A stretch of DNA of 64,000 nucleotides. Origin: Anthoceros angustus. Taxonomy: Eukaryota; Plantae; Anthocerotophyta. Each line of letters begins with the position of its first letter. Within the stretch, counting starts at the first letter, position 1. The translations under genes were made by a program, and so were the position numbers. Where the stretch lies: contig VJWM01000219.1 in the NCBI GenBank assembly GCA_010909165.1, positions 1-64,000 on the forward strand. The letters run 5' to 3'. This document shows positions 39,271 to 50,292 of this stretch, piece by piece. The notes beneath the pieces are model-generated. The model searched no databases. It was not told the origin of the DNA and saw nothing but the letters and a program-made list of their open reading frames with translations.

Positions 39271-40165
39271 TACTCAAATGTGAACTTCATTGGAAGCTAC
39301 AAGTAAAGCGAGAATTGAGTGTGTCCTTACCCATCTTAAAAAATAAATTTTGTTCAGTTATTGCATAAAATAATCCATGTAGCATGTATGAAGGGACAAG
39401 TCACTAATTTATCACTTGAGATTTGTATCATTGATCCAAGTATTAAGAATTTATTAAAATAAATCCTATTTAATTAATTTTTTTCTTATCTTGAACTTAC
39501 TCACAAAGTATGAATGATTATGCTTAAATTTGTAGCCCTTATGAGAAGGTTTAGAAAAATTTAAATGAGCTCTATATAAACAAGAACTTTTTTTACACAA
39601 AAAATATTGGAGACCAAGAAAACACCTTCCAAATTGTCATTAGTATTATTTTTTTTCACAAGGTGTGTAGACGTAGGAAGCCCTTAGTATTAATTATGGT
39701 GTTCAATTATTGATGCATGGTTGCTTAAAGAAAGGGTGCATGTAATAATTGACATGCTGGGTACCTACCTATACAAAAATTGTATTTAAGATAGTTTAAC
39801 TTGTAGTGTTTGAATATGTACATTTTTATTAGTATTATTGCATGTCAGGCCATATATTCACTAGCATTGGATTTTTTAGATCCATGTGGACAACAGGTCG
39901 AATACTCCATGATCTGCTAACGGAGTGGATTATAGATGACAACTGTAGCACCCACTATAAGATGACAAGACTAAAAGTAAAGAAATTGCTTACAACATGT
40001 TCTCATATACTTTAAACCTTCAAGCATCCTTGAAGCGACATTTTCAATCATAGGTATGAAGTTTAGATTTGAGCTTGACAATTCGTGATCCTGATGATAA
40101 TCAAAGTTTTATAATATATAGAGTTTTGAATATTTTCTCTTTATTGGCATTGACTAGAAGATGGA

Positions 40166-40989
40166 TGTCGTGCGTGCATCACCGGCTGTTGGGCACACAA
40201 GGTACGTGCATCCCGCGCTCCAGTCCGGCCCGACCTTCAGCTGCAACAAGAAAACAGGGCAAAAAGGAAATTCTGTCCATGCCACACCAGACAAGCCAGC
40301 AGCGCTCACATGTGCTGTGGCGCACCTCGGTGCAAATACGAATCAAAAGGGCTGCCCTACACGGGCTGCCTGGAGTTGGTAAATCCGTGACCTGCTGCAG
40401 CACCCACATACATTGCAATCGTTCTGAGCCACATGCACACCAAAACCTTGCATTCCAATCAGAAATCCAGCAACACCGCGGTTTTGCGTGAGTCTCAGCA
40501 ACATTCCCTTTCCACGGACTTGACAACTGGTTGTTGCAGCTGCCATCGCCAGTCTTGAGGTCTTGGCCGCCATCATGAGCAAGCACCTCCCTCTCGGTGT
40601 GATGAGGCCACCACCTCGCGTGATCCTTTGGCGTTGCAGCAGCGGGCTTCATGATGTAGCCCACGAGCCACCTGCCGGGTTTGCAGCCCTGGTTCTAGAA
40701 ATGACCTAAATGGCCTAATAACCTATCCTGATAATGTCAGTTAAATAGCTTCATATGGGGTAAGCTAATTAATAGCTATTTCCTAATGGCCAAAATCACA
40801 TATATAGCCAGCCTACCTCTAGGCTACTATATATATTCTTGTGAAACAAGTCTGGTGCCACGACAGCTGTCGTGCGTGCATCACCGGCTGTTGGGCACAC
40901 AAGGTACGTGCATCCCGCGCTCCAGTCCGGCCCGACCTTCAGCTACAACAAGAAAACAGGGCAAAAAGGAAATTCTGTCCATGCCACAC
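40166..40989 (-). repeat. 3' terminal repeat block B1-A2-B2 (B = 122 bp, A = 577 bp)
   Basis: B1 and B2 differ by one transition. A2 matches A1 (49111-49687) apart from 4 transitions and 3 small indels (by-eye alignment). Confidence 0.95.
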
Positions 40990-40990
40990 A

Positions 40991-41000
40991 CCCCCCCCCC
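40991..41000 (-). other. Polypurine tract (G10 on the minus strand) abutting repeat B1
   Basis: Minus strand reads ...AGCT-GGGGGGGGGG-TGTGTGGCATGG, the PPT-then-TG arrangement of LTR retrotransposons. Confidence 0.7.
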
Positions 41001-41274
41001 AGCTGATGGACGGGCTAGAAGAAAGGCAGCATGGACGAAGAAGGGAGAACTGGAATTATCCAGCACCTGGAAGGAAAGAATAAGGAAACCCCAAACAGCA
41101 TCAGCATCACAGCCATGCTCAAGCACGATTGCAACGCTATGGGGCCATAGCACCTGTCACACGTAGAATGGCAGATGCCACATGAACCCAATTGTGACTA
41201 GCAGCCATGAAACCTTGCAATGCAATCACATCCATCTTCACAACTGAAAACGAATTGAAACAGTCACACCTGAG

Positions 41275-41450
41275 TAGCAGTTTCAGCACACTTTGAACAA
41301 TACCAAAGTTGCTCAGGAACCTCAGCCAAAGGTGGCTGCAAGCAGAAAAGGTGGAACCCCCATTGCATCCATCACAAAGCAGCATGAGCTCTCGTCATCC
41401 GTGCGGCTGCAGATCTGGCATGGGTAATCCGCTGGCGGGATCCAATCAGC
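41275..41450 (-). CDS. PHD finger at the C-terminus of the retrotransposon polyprotein (frameshifted)
   Basis: Frameshift-corrected: YPCQICSRTDDES-MLLCDGCNGG-FHLFCLQPPLAEVPEQLWYCSKC = C4HC3 PHD consensus. Confidence 0.9.
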
Positions 41451-41479
41451 TGTTACAATGGTGGGGTCAAGGTTAGGGA

Positions 41480-42560
41480 GATGGCACGGGCACAATTTTG
41501 GTGTGATCAGAAATGACCCTGCCATCAGATCCCTGCAGCACCAACACTCCATTGGACTTGACCTCCTGATCCTAAGCACATGTCTGCTGCTGGAAGTCTC
41601 AAGAGTGTCAGCTGTTTGGCGTTGAAGATACGAAATCCCCAGCCTGGAATTTCTTAAGCTTGGGCCTGAAGCTCCGCTGCAGTGTGGGCGCTTAGTGTGT
41701 CCCGATGCTGTGCAATGTGCAAATTTTCCATAGCCATCGGCATCACTCGACGGAAAAGGCAGCCCTGTCACCTATCATCCTAGCCCAAGTGGCTGGATCA
41801 TCCAGCGAGACCACGGCCTGCATCTGTTTAGCGATGGAGCTAGGTGGAACAGGCTCCTGCCAAAAGAAGGAAATAGGGTGAGAAATGAGCTAGGAAGCGT
41901 GCGGCTCATTCCCCCATCAATATATAAGGCAGCATGATGTCCCAATCCCCTTCGGCTGCTGCAGACAGAGCTATGGAGGCCCTTTTGATGGTTTGAACCA
42001 TCCTCTCAGCCAACCTGTCGGCCTGAGGGTGGTCCCTGCTGGTCCTCCTGTGGTCAATTAGTGCCACATCCAACAGGTCTTGAATTCCCTCGAATTCTGA
42101 ACCTTGGTCGGTGAGACACTCACAACTGCCAAAGCGGCACGCTTCTGCAAGAAAGCCTGTGATGTGCTCCTGGATGACTTGTCAGGCAACGCCACGGCCT
42201 CCACCCACTTGCTAAAGTGCTCTATCATCACCAAGATGTACACGCTACCCCTTGGTGTCTTGGGCAGCTCTCCATGAGGTCGCAGGACCACCTGAAGAAG
42301 AGCCCCATGATGGGGAGTGGGTGCAGCTCTGGGTGCTGCATAGTGAAGGATGTTTTGACGGTCACATGGCTCACAGCAAGCGACACATTCCCGGACTTGT
42401 GCATGCATGCCAAACCAGTGGAAGTGAGGGGCCAGCAAGCTGTAGGTCCTCTTGACTCCAAAATGCCCCATGTCATCATGTACTCTTGAATGAGATCAGC
42501 ACGATCTCCGGGAGGTGGAACCAGCCGTTCCACACCATGGGCCCGCCTCGGATGAGGTAC
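41480..42560 (-). CDS. DDE integrase (HHCC zinc domain, rve core, C-terminal domain), frameshifted
   Basis: GHFGVKRTY...WFGMHAQVRECVACCEPC; LHPLPIMGLFFRWSCDL; YILVMIEHFSKWVEAVALPDK; CLTDQGSEF; HRRTSRDHPQAD.LAERMVQTIK. Confidence 0.93.
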
Positions 42561-42859
42561 CCATCTCTCCAGTAGTAGGCAGCAGCACGTTGCTGTACCG
42601 CTCACATTCTGCTGCTGTCCAATCTTCACCTAGCTGGCCAGTTTGCACAAACTGAATTGTATGCACGTCCTCCCATATGTCCTTGGGGACATGTTGAGCT
42701 GCTGCAACCTCAAGCTGTCAAGGCATGTCATGGCCACCAAGGCAGCTACAGCAAAATCTGCCTGTCCTCGTGGCTGATCATCCTCATCCTGCCTAGCCTC
42801 CGTGGCATCCCTACAGCTGCTATCCGGATTCCTGGAGAGGGTGTCCGCATTCTGATGTG

Positions 42860-44231
42860 ACACCCCGGCCTGTGCTCCACATGGAAGTTGTAATCCTGCA
42901 AAATCATGGCCCAGCGAGCAAGTTTCCGCTGAGCTTTGTGTTTGTCATCAGCCACTTCAAGGGTTGATGGTCAGTGACAAGGGTAAACTGCTGCCCATAG
43001 AGGTAAGGTCTGAAGTGGCAGACTGCCCAAACAGCGGCGAGGCATTCGCCCTCATAGCTGCTGTAATTGGCCTCAGCACGGTTGTTGCTGCGTGAGGCAA
43101 AGGCAATCACACGTTCCTTCCCTGCTCATCCTCTTGCGCAAGTACAGCACCCAGCCCCAGACTACTCCAGTCTGTATGAAGCACAAACGGCTTGTCAAAA
43201 TTGGGACGAGCCATAATGGGTGATGTGCTGAGCCGCTCTTTCAAGGTGTCAAAAGACTGTTGAGCATGCTCATCCCACAGCCACTCCACGTCCTTGCGCA
43301 ATAGGTTGTTCAGCGGTTTAGCAATCCTGCTGAAATTCTGGATGTACACCCTGTAATAGTTGCACAATCCTAGAAATGCCCGTAGTGCTGACACATTGGT
43401 GGGCTTCTTCACCCGCTGAATGGCCTGGATCTTGGCTGCATGAGGCATGACTCCATTGGGCACGATCTTGTGTCCCAAGTATGCTACAGTGCTCATCCCA
43501 AACTCACATTTGGAGGGGTGGCACGTGAGCTCAGCCTTCCGCAACCTAAGGAACAGATCCTCTAGATGTGCCAAGTGCTGCTCAAAATCCTCGCTGTGCA
43601 CAAGGACATCGTCAATGTAGCACATCAAATATGCTGCACCTGCTAGCACAAGATCCATTATCCTCTGGAAGGTGACTGGTGCATTTTTAAATCCAAAAGG
43701 CATCACCAGCCACTCCCACAGCTGCTGAGATCCATGGAAGGCAGTCTTCTTGATGTCCTCCTCAGCAACCGGCACCTGGTTGAATCCTTGGCGTAGGTCA
43801 AGTGTGGAGAAGAAGACTGACTGCCCAATGCGGTCAAAAATTTCTTCAGGGGTCGGCATCGGGTACCGATCCTGTGCTGTTGCTGCATTTATGGGACGAT
43901 AGTCCCCGCACATCCTCTTCTCAGTCCACAGCCCTTGGCTGTCCTTCTTGGGCGGCATCACGGTGGCAGCAGCATAGTCACTGCTGGAGGGCCTGATCAA
44001 CCCTGCTTCCAGCAATTCCCTACAGCGGGCGTCCACCATGTCCCATTCTGTCTTGCTGAGACGGTACCTTCTCCTGTAGATGGGCTCCGAGGTGGTAAGG
44101 TTGATCCTAAAGGTCAACACATTACACCTCTTCAGCTCCTTCATTGAGAAGGCGAAGCAGTCTCGATACTTCAGCAGTAGCACGTGAATCCTCTGCTTCT
44201 GTAGGTCTGTGAGCTCATCCCCATCTTCCAA
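42860..44231 (-). CDS. Reverse transcriptase and RNase H
   Basis: RMCGDYRPIN..DRYPMP; FSTLDLRQGFNQV; WLVMPFGFKNAPVTFQR; CYIDDVLV; FVLHTDWSSLGLGAVL; IAFASRSNNRAEANYSSYEGECLAAVWAV..FTLVTDHQPL. Confidence 0.97.
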
Positions 44232-44469
44232 GGGAAATTATCAGCTGTGACCTTTGTTGATGCTCCATGCTCACTTCCCTTGTGGTCAGATGCGGAAAAA
44301 GCAGACCTGTTTCCCCATGTAGGCTGCTCCACCCCCAGCATCTGGCCAAAAGGGTAGGTGAGTGTAGCCAGGAAAGGAAAATGGACAGCATCTGCTGGGC
44401 ACATACTGGCCAGCAAGCTAGGAAGGGCTACAGCTGCAAACTTGGCGTGCAATTGAAAGGCGAGGCAGA

Positions 44470-45395
44470 GGCTGACCAGCCAAGTAATGGCGTGAAGGTC
44501 CATGGCTCTGCCTATGGCTGCAGCACGCTGGGGTCGAGTGACTTGAGGTGCTGCTGTAGAGCCTGTTTGAAACCCATCAGGCGCCTCGCCTCTACTCCAG
44601 GTTCCTCCCATTGCTGAGTGGTAGTGTTAAGGAGCATGCCATTGCCTTGAGCTCTGTATGCAAAAGAGCCTGGAAAACTCACGAGCGTGGGCAACGTCTG
44701 TCTCGGCTGCCCTGGCACATTGGTAGGGAACCAAGGTGCACGCTCACTAGCAGTGACTGGCTTGGGCTGATGATGTGGTTCCAAGACCAGCTGCAGCTGC
44801 AAGTGGGGATCCCTGGTGGTGCCACGTAAGGCTAGCTGAACCGAAGAGGGACAAGGTTTGTCCAATAATTGCGTAGCCTGTGGGCATAGCTACCCACCTG
44901 GGCAGCATCCATAAGGAATGGGAGCCCACATAATGCTGCACAATCACCATGTCCTGTTGCACATGTGGGCGTGAGTCCAGCTGGGCAGGTGTGTTTTCAA
45001 GAGATAAGCACAGCGTGGATTATCTTGCTGAGCCCATGCGAGCACCTGGTGCAAGTCCCGAAGAGGCCTGAACGTGCATCTTCTAAGCCTTGGCCACGGC
45101 CTGCCCTGGAAAACCCCTGGCATTCCCAGCCAGCGATGACCATGTCCACAGGTCCCAAAGCATGGATGTGGGCCTGTTGGATGTACTGCACATCCTGTGG
45201 CCAGGCCGTAAAACGCTGTGAGTGGCCTCTGGGGGTAGTTGGAAAGCGCTGTTGCAGCCCAAGCAGTCTGAAGGCTGCAATGTCCCTGGCTATTGGGTCC
45301 TTGTCACAATAGACATAGCGCGGATAGTGAGCCCGTCAATAGCAAAGCCTCCAGGCCAGTGCAGATACCCCAAATAGCTCTACCACCGTTAGTTC
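44470..45395 (-). CDS. C5 cytosine DNA methyltransferase domain inserted between protease and RT (frameshifted)
   Basis: Motifs in order: I VVELFG(G)ICTG; II YVYCDKD; IV DMVIAGWECQGFSRAG; V DARSGLF; VI YLLENT; VIII DAAQVGSYAHRLRNYWTN; IX E-RRLMGF; X AIGRAMD. Confidence 0.9.
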
Positions 45396-45699
45396 AGGCT
45401 GAGAGGGTGCCCACGTGATCACAGTGCAGTTCAGCAGCTTGTCCTGTGTGGGATGCGCCAACCCTGTAGCCACAAGGCTCTGGACACGTTGCAATTGAGC
45501 CTTGGCATTCTGCAAACGTGCGGCCACCTCAGCAGGGTAGTCTGGATGAGCCATGGCTTGAGACAAAGTGCTGCCACTGCCAGGTGAGTCCTCATCAGCT
45601 GCAGACTCCAGCTGCCGTTCTACATGGGCAGTGTCCTCACTAGCTCGCCAAGGTTGCAAGACTGAATGTCACAAACCATTTGGCAGGCTACAAGCGAGC

Positions 45700-46150
45700 C
45701 ACATCAGCAACTGTTTTACCATGAAGGTCCAGTGGCAGATGCGCCACACGGAGCCCCTTGTCTCCAATCAGGCCTGTAAAGGCTTGTTCCGTCCAGTTGT
45801 CCACGCCAATGCCTGGTGGGTACAAAATTCTTGACCCAACAAGACATCGAGTTGGTGGCTGTGGTCACAAGACAGGGCAATGACAAGGTCATCTCATCTG
45901 GCGTGCCGGGTTAAGGGTAATATCCACGGTCGGATGGTTTCCCCACACTGGCTCAATTGCCCTGGAAGCAGTCCTGATGTTCCAGGGTGATGTGCGAAGA
46001 GCATCACCCTTCAGATGCAACCTGGCTGCCAGCACCTTGCCGATTATGACTGGCTGTGCACCTGTGTCAAGCAGCACCACCCTGGGTGCGTAACCATTCA
46101 CTGTCACGTGCCCTGCTCGATTATCAACAACAGCTAACCCGGGTGTTGAG
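45700..46150 (-). CDS. Retropepsin-type aspartic protease
   Basis: PRVVLLDTGAQPVIIG within ORF 45889-47403. Confidence 0.85.
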
Positions 46151-46899
46151 CCTGTTGGTGGCTGCACTCGTGGTCTGTCACCAACTTGGCCTGCCACCTG
46201 TACACTGCAGACTCCTTCCAGCAAGCCGGAATGCATTCGTGGCTGCTCCATGGGCTGAAGGCTGCTGTCACAGCGTGACGATCTGTCTGGTGGGAGTTCC
46301 CACAATCGGGCATGAGCAACCACAGGATCGGGCTCATTGCATGTGGCCACAACTTCTAGTGTCTGCATCATTTGCTGCAGCCGGCTGGGTGTAACTCCAA
46401 GCTCCTGGAGAGTGAAGAGTGGGATCTCCGTGAGCCTCTTAGCCACCTGTTCAGCAGTGACAGCCTGTGGAAGCAAGTACAATTTTTCCGCGTGATATGC
46501 CCTGCCCCTTTGAGGGGCTGATCCACTTGGCTCTGACCTGGATGAAGAATGGCTCTGCCCCTGATCGGAATGGCAGAACCTGGCGGCAATGGCACATAGG
46601 ATTGAGGCATCACTGCCCTCGCCTCGTTGCCTAGTGACAGGTCCAGTAGCTGCTGATGTAATGTCCAGCGTGGTATTTGGGAGCACATGCCCCACCCAGC
46701 TGGTCGGCATCACAACACGTCCCTCTTGGCTGTCACTTGGTGCCTTATCCGCTGTGCAGACCTGATGTGGCAGGCCGTAGTCCTCTCCTTCAGGTACTGC
46801 AACAAGTTCTACTGCTGCAGCCGGTTTGGCTCCTTCAGCACTAGAGAGATTGGCCACCTGCGTGGCCAATGCTGCCAGTTGTGCCTCCAAGGTTGCGAC

Positions 46900-48060
46900 C
46901 TTCTCAGCATTGGCAGTATTCTTGGCCTTGGCCTTGTCACGTTGTTTGCTCCGTGAAGGCCCTGCTGTTCCAGCTGCAGCAGCTGTAGGTGCCACTGCTG
47001 TCCCACCAACCTCTGCCTTTGCCTTCTGATACCGTCTCCGGATGTTTCTGGAAGCAGACCGTGACAACATGGCCGTTCTTCTGGCAGTGAGTGCAGAACA
47101 AACCCTCCGATGGACACTTGCATGCAGTGGACAAGTGCTCTGGACTGCCACAGTAATTGCATAAGGCTGCCGCAGGTGCTGCTGTAGTAGCTGCCCCTGC
47201 CTTGGCTGGCTTAGCTGGCCCTGCCCTTGAGGAAGCTCCCCATGCGTGGTTGACCCCTTGTTGGTGAACATGGACTGGTAGTGATGGAAGGACTTGGCAT
47301 GCTTGGAGGAGAACACCGAGTAGGCGATCTCCTTCTTCTCCGCCTCTTCATGCACTTGCTCCAAGGTGTAGTTATCACCATATTTGTCCACCAAGGAGGA
47401 CACAAGCTGGAAGTGAAAAGAGAATCACCCTCCAGGGCAACTAAGAATTTCTCCGCTGCCTCCTGATCCGTCAACATGCCAGTACCCTCACGTAGCTTTT
47501 GCAGCCTACGGAAGCACATCTGGACTGTCTCCCTTTCTTCCTCGCAAAAGTAGCCAACTCAGCGATTTTCTCCGGAGTTTTGAGGGGAAGGCCTTTTCCA
47601 GAATCTTCAGAAACTCCTCCACGGGGTTGGCATGCTTGGGAGTCTGGATGAACTCATCAATCCCCTGCGTTGCTGTTGTCCTCTCCGCTGGGGTGAGGGG
47701 CTCACCACTGTAGGAGGCTGCACGGTGGCAGCAACAGTGCCATTAGCAATGGCCTGTTGATGAGCTGTAATGGCGGCCTGCAACTTGGCATTGTAGGCTA
47801 GCTGCAGCGCCCCTGGTGCAAAGGATTCAAGGTCTGCACCGTGGCAGTCAAATCTGCTTGGTGAGCCTCGTACAAATCCAATGCCTCATCAGCCATGTAG
47901 GCAGACAGCTGTTCGAACATGTACAGGTGATTGTACAACGCAGTGCTTGAACTTCACCCGGCTGATTGCCTCACTCACACGAGGCGGAAATCTCTCAAAG
48001 ACATAGTCCCAGGCCTGCCTGAGAATTTTCGTGCCTACTTGATGGTCCTGACTCCATGGT
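46900..48060 (-). CDS. gag region with CCHC zinc knuckle (frameshifted)
   Basis: FCTHCQKNGHVVTVC (C-x2-C-x4-H-x4-C) at ~47070-47110; helical gag-like segment LTDQEAAEKFLVALEG..YTLEQVHEEA. Confidence 0.8.
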
Positions 48061-48587
48061 ATCAGATCCCTCCGAGAGGTCAGCTTTAGTCTGTCCTCCT
48101 TGTGCTGTTGAAATCACCAATGAATGGTCAGCACCTTGGCCTCCACTATCCTGCCTCAAGTCACCAAAATCTGGTGCAACTGGATCGGGGCCTGGTTAGC
48201 AAAGGGACCAACTTGTGCCTGCAGGTTGTAGCTGCTCAGCACCAGGATCTGCTCCCGCTGGGTCTCCTCCTAGAGACAGCCGTTGCCGTTGTGCCGCCTC
48301 CTCCTTGCAAAGACCCTGGCTGGCACGTCCCTTGTCCTCAGTCGATGGCGTGGACTACCTCCTCCTCGTCAGAGGGCATTGCCCATGTAGACAGCACACC
48401 AGAGATCAGCCACCAGCAAGGTAAGCAAGTGCAAGGCAGCCTCCGAGAAAGCAAAACCCCAGCCACAGAATCAATGTGAAACGCAAAATTCCTGAACACA
48501 CCAACGCTGCAACTCTGATCCTTCTCCTCAGTAAGCAAAGGGACCTGGAATATCACTATCCTAGCACCTATGCTGCAACAAGGGAAG

Positions 48588-48955
48588 TGATGGCTGCAAA
48601 TAGCCAATTTCCCCAACTGAACCCTAAGTGCCCAACCTTTCCAAGGCATTCAGTCCTTGGATTGCACTCGAAAGTAGACAAAATGGTACCAACAGATTTG
48701 TCTCAACAAGGCGAACACTTTGGTATGCAAATCAGCGGAAACCGACCTGTGGATCGATCGCTATGAACGCTGATGGCTGCAAATAGCCAATTTCCACACC
48801 TGAACCCTAAGTGCTCAACCTCTCCAAGGCATTCAGTCCCTGGATTGCACTCGAAAGTAGACAAAATGGTACCAACAGATTCGTCTCAACAAGGCGAACA
48901 CTCTGGTATGCAAATCGACGGCAACCGACCTGTGGGGCGATCGCTATGAACGCTG
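48588..48955. repeat. ~183-bp tandem duplication in the element's 5' leader
   Basis: TGATGGCTGCAAATAGCCAATTTCC...GATCGCTATGAACGCTG at 48588 and 48771. Confidence 0.9.
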
Positions 48956-49110
48956 GAAGACTTGGGCAGCTTGCTGCAGATGAAATGCAGCTGCTTCTGC
49001 TGCACAATCAGGGCGTGTGGGGATGCTGCCTTGCTAGAGTTGCACGGCCGCCTCCACCAGCTCACTCGCCTCACACGTGAGCTCCAGCAATTGAAAGCAG
49101 TTGTCGAAGT

Positions 49111-49687
49111 AGACAAGCCAGCAGCGCTCACGCGTGCTGTGGCGCACCTCGGTGCAAATACGAATCAAAAGGGCTGCCCTACACGGGCTGCTTGGAGTTG
49201 GTAAATCCGTGACCTGCTGCAGCACCCACACACATTGCAATCGTTCTGAGCCACATGCACACCAAAACCTTGCATTCCAATCAGAAATCCAGCAACACCG
49301 CGGTTTTGCGTGAGTCTCAGCAACATTCCCTTTCCACGGACTTCGACAACTGGTTGTTGCAGCTGCCATCGCCAGTCTTGAGGTCTTGGCCGCCATCATG
49401 AGCAAGCACCTCCCTCTCGGTGTGATGAGGCCACCACCTCGTGATCCTTTGGCCGTTGCAGCAGCGGGCTTCATGATGTAGCCCACGAGCCACCTGCCGG
49501 GTTTGCAGCCCTGGTTCTAGAAATGACCTAAATGGCCTAATAACCTATCCTGATAATGTCAGTTAAATAGCTTCATATGGGGTAAGCTAATTAATAGCTA
49601 TTTCCTAATGGCCAAAATCACATATATAGCCAGCCTACCTCTAGGCTACTATATATATTCTTGTGAAACAAGTCTGGTGCCACGACA
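49111..49687 (-). repeat. 5' terminal repeat A1 (577 bp)
   Basis: Near-identical to 40289-40865; not followed by a B copy. Confidence 0.95.
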
Positions 49688-50049
49688 TGGACATCAAATC
49701 ATTTCCCTTGGCAATGAGAAGGCAAAAGAAGTCCTCCCTTGAGGAATGACATCTACACATGGCTGCATTTGAAACTCCATGTTTCAAGCACCCTTGAGTT
49801 GGATCACTTAGGATAAGTTGCTACCCATCCTGTGTTGTAGAAAAAAGCTTGGGGTGCTATCCATCTCGCGTCATAGAAAAAAGTCATTCGAGATTGCCTT
49901 TGTAAAAAGTCCTATGGGGCTATTGATATTAGCTCTATTCAAACACAAGATAATATTGCTTATATGGTTTTGAGAAGGCAATGATGCCATCCATCTTGAC
50001 TCTGTAATACCAACTAACGCCTTTGATGCCTTTTGTATAACATAGACAA

Positions 50050-50292
50050 GAATCCAAAATCTTTAATTTTGGTAAGCAAAAGATGTAAGAAAAAAGGGGT
50101 GGAAGAAAAAGGCCTTGAACACCCTCTCTTCAAGGAGTGACTTCATACATGGGTTCATTGGAACTCAGTCAAGAATCTAGAATCCTTGCTTTAATTTTGG
50201 TAAGTGAAAGATGTAAGAAAAAAGGGGTGGAAGAAATAGGCCTTGAACGCCCTCCCTTTAAGGAGTGACTCCATACATGGTTCATTGGAACT
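50050..50292. repeat. ~127-bp tandem duplication
   Basis: TTTAATTTTGGTAAG...AGATGTAAGAAAAAAGGGGTGGAAG...AGGAGTGACT.CATACATG..TTCATTGGAACT occurs twice. Confidence 0.8.

Larger units (their letters stand above)
40166..49687 (-). mobile_element. Young Ty3/gypsy-like retrotransposon with C5-DNA-methyltransferase and PHD domains and split direct repeats (9522 bp, TSD TGGA)
   Basis: Ends TGTCGTG...CACGACA; TGGA at 40162-40165 and 49688-49691; repeats B2 40166-40287, A2 40289-40865, B1 40868-40989, A1 49111-49687; gag-pol domains between B1 and A1. Confidence 0.93.

Noticed and set aside
40069-40664. ORFs within the terminal repeats (also 48962-49486)
   Set aside because: They lie in the A/B repeats, differ by frameshifts between the copies and have no domain.
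40166-40865. Reading 40166-40865 as an independent solo LTR inserted beside the element
   Set aside because: The TGGA duplication flanks the whole 40166-49687 unit, not this 700-bp block. Its other side is a GC dinucleotide followed by B1.
42000-48000. Classification as a DIRS/Ngaro tyrosine-recombinase element, or the MTase as a DIRS-type adenine methylase
   Set aside because: No YR motifs (R..H..R..H/W..Y) were seen and a DDE integrase is present. The MTase has C5 motifs (catalytic Cys, ENx), not the DPPY/NPPY-type motif.
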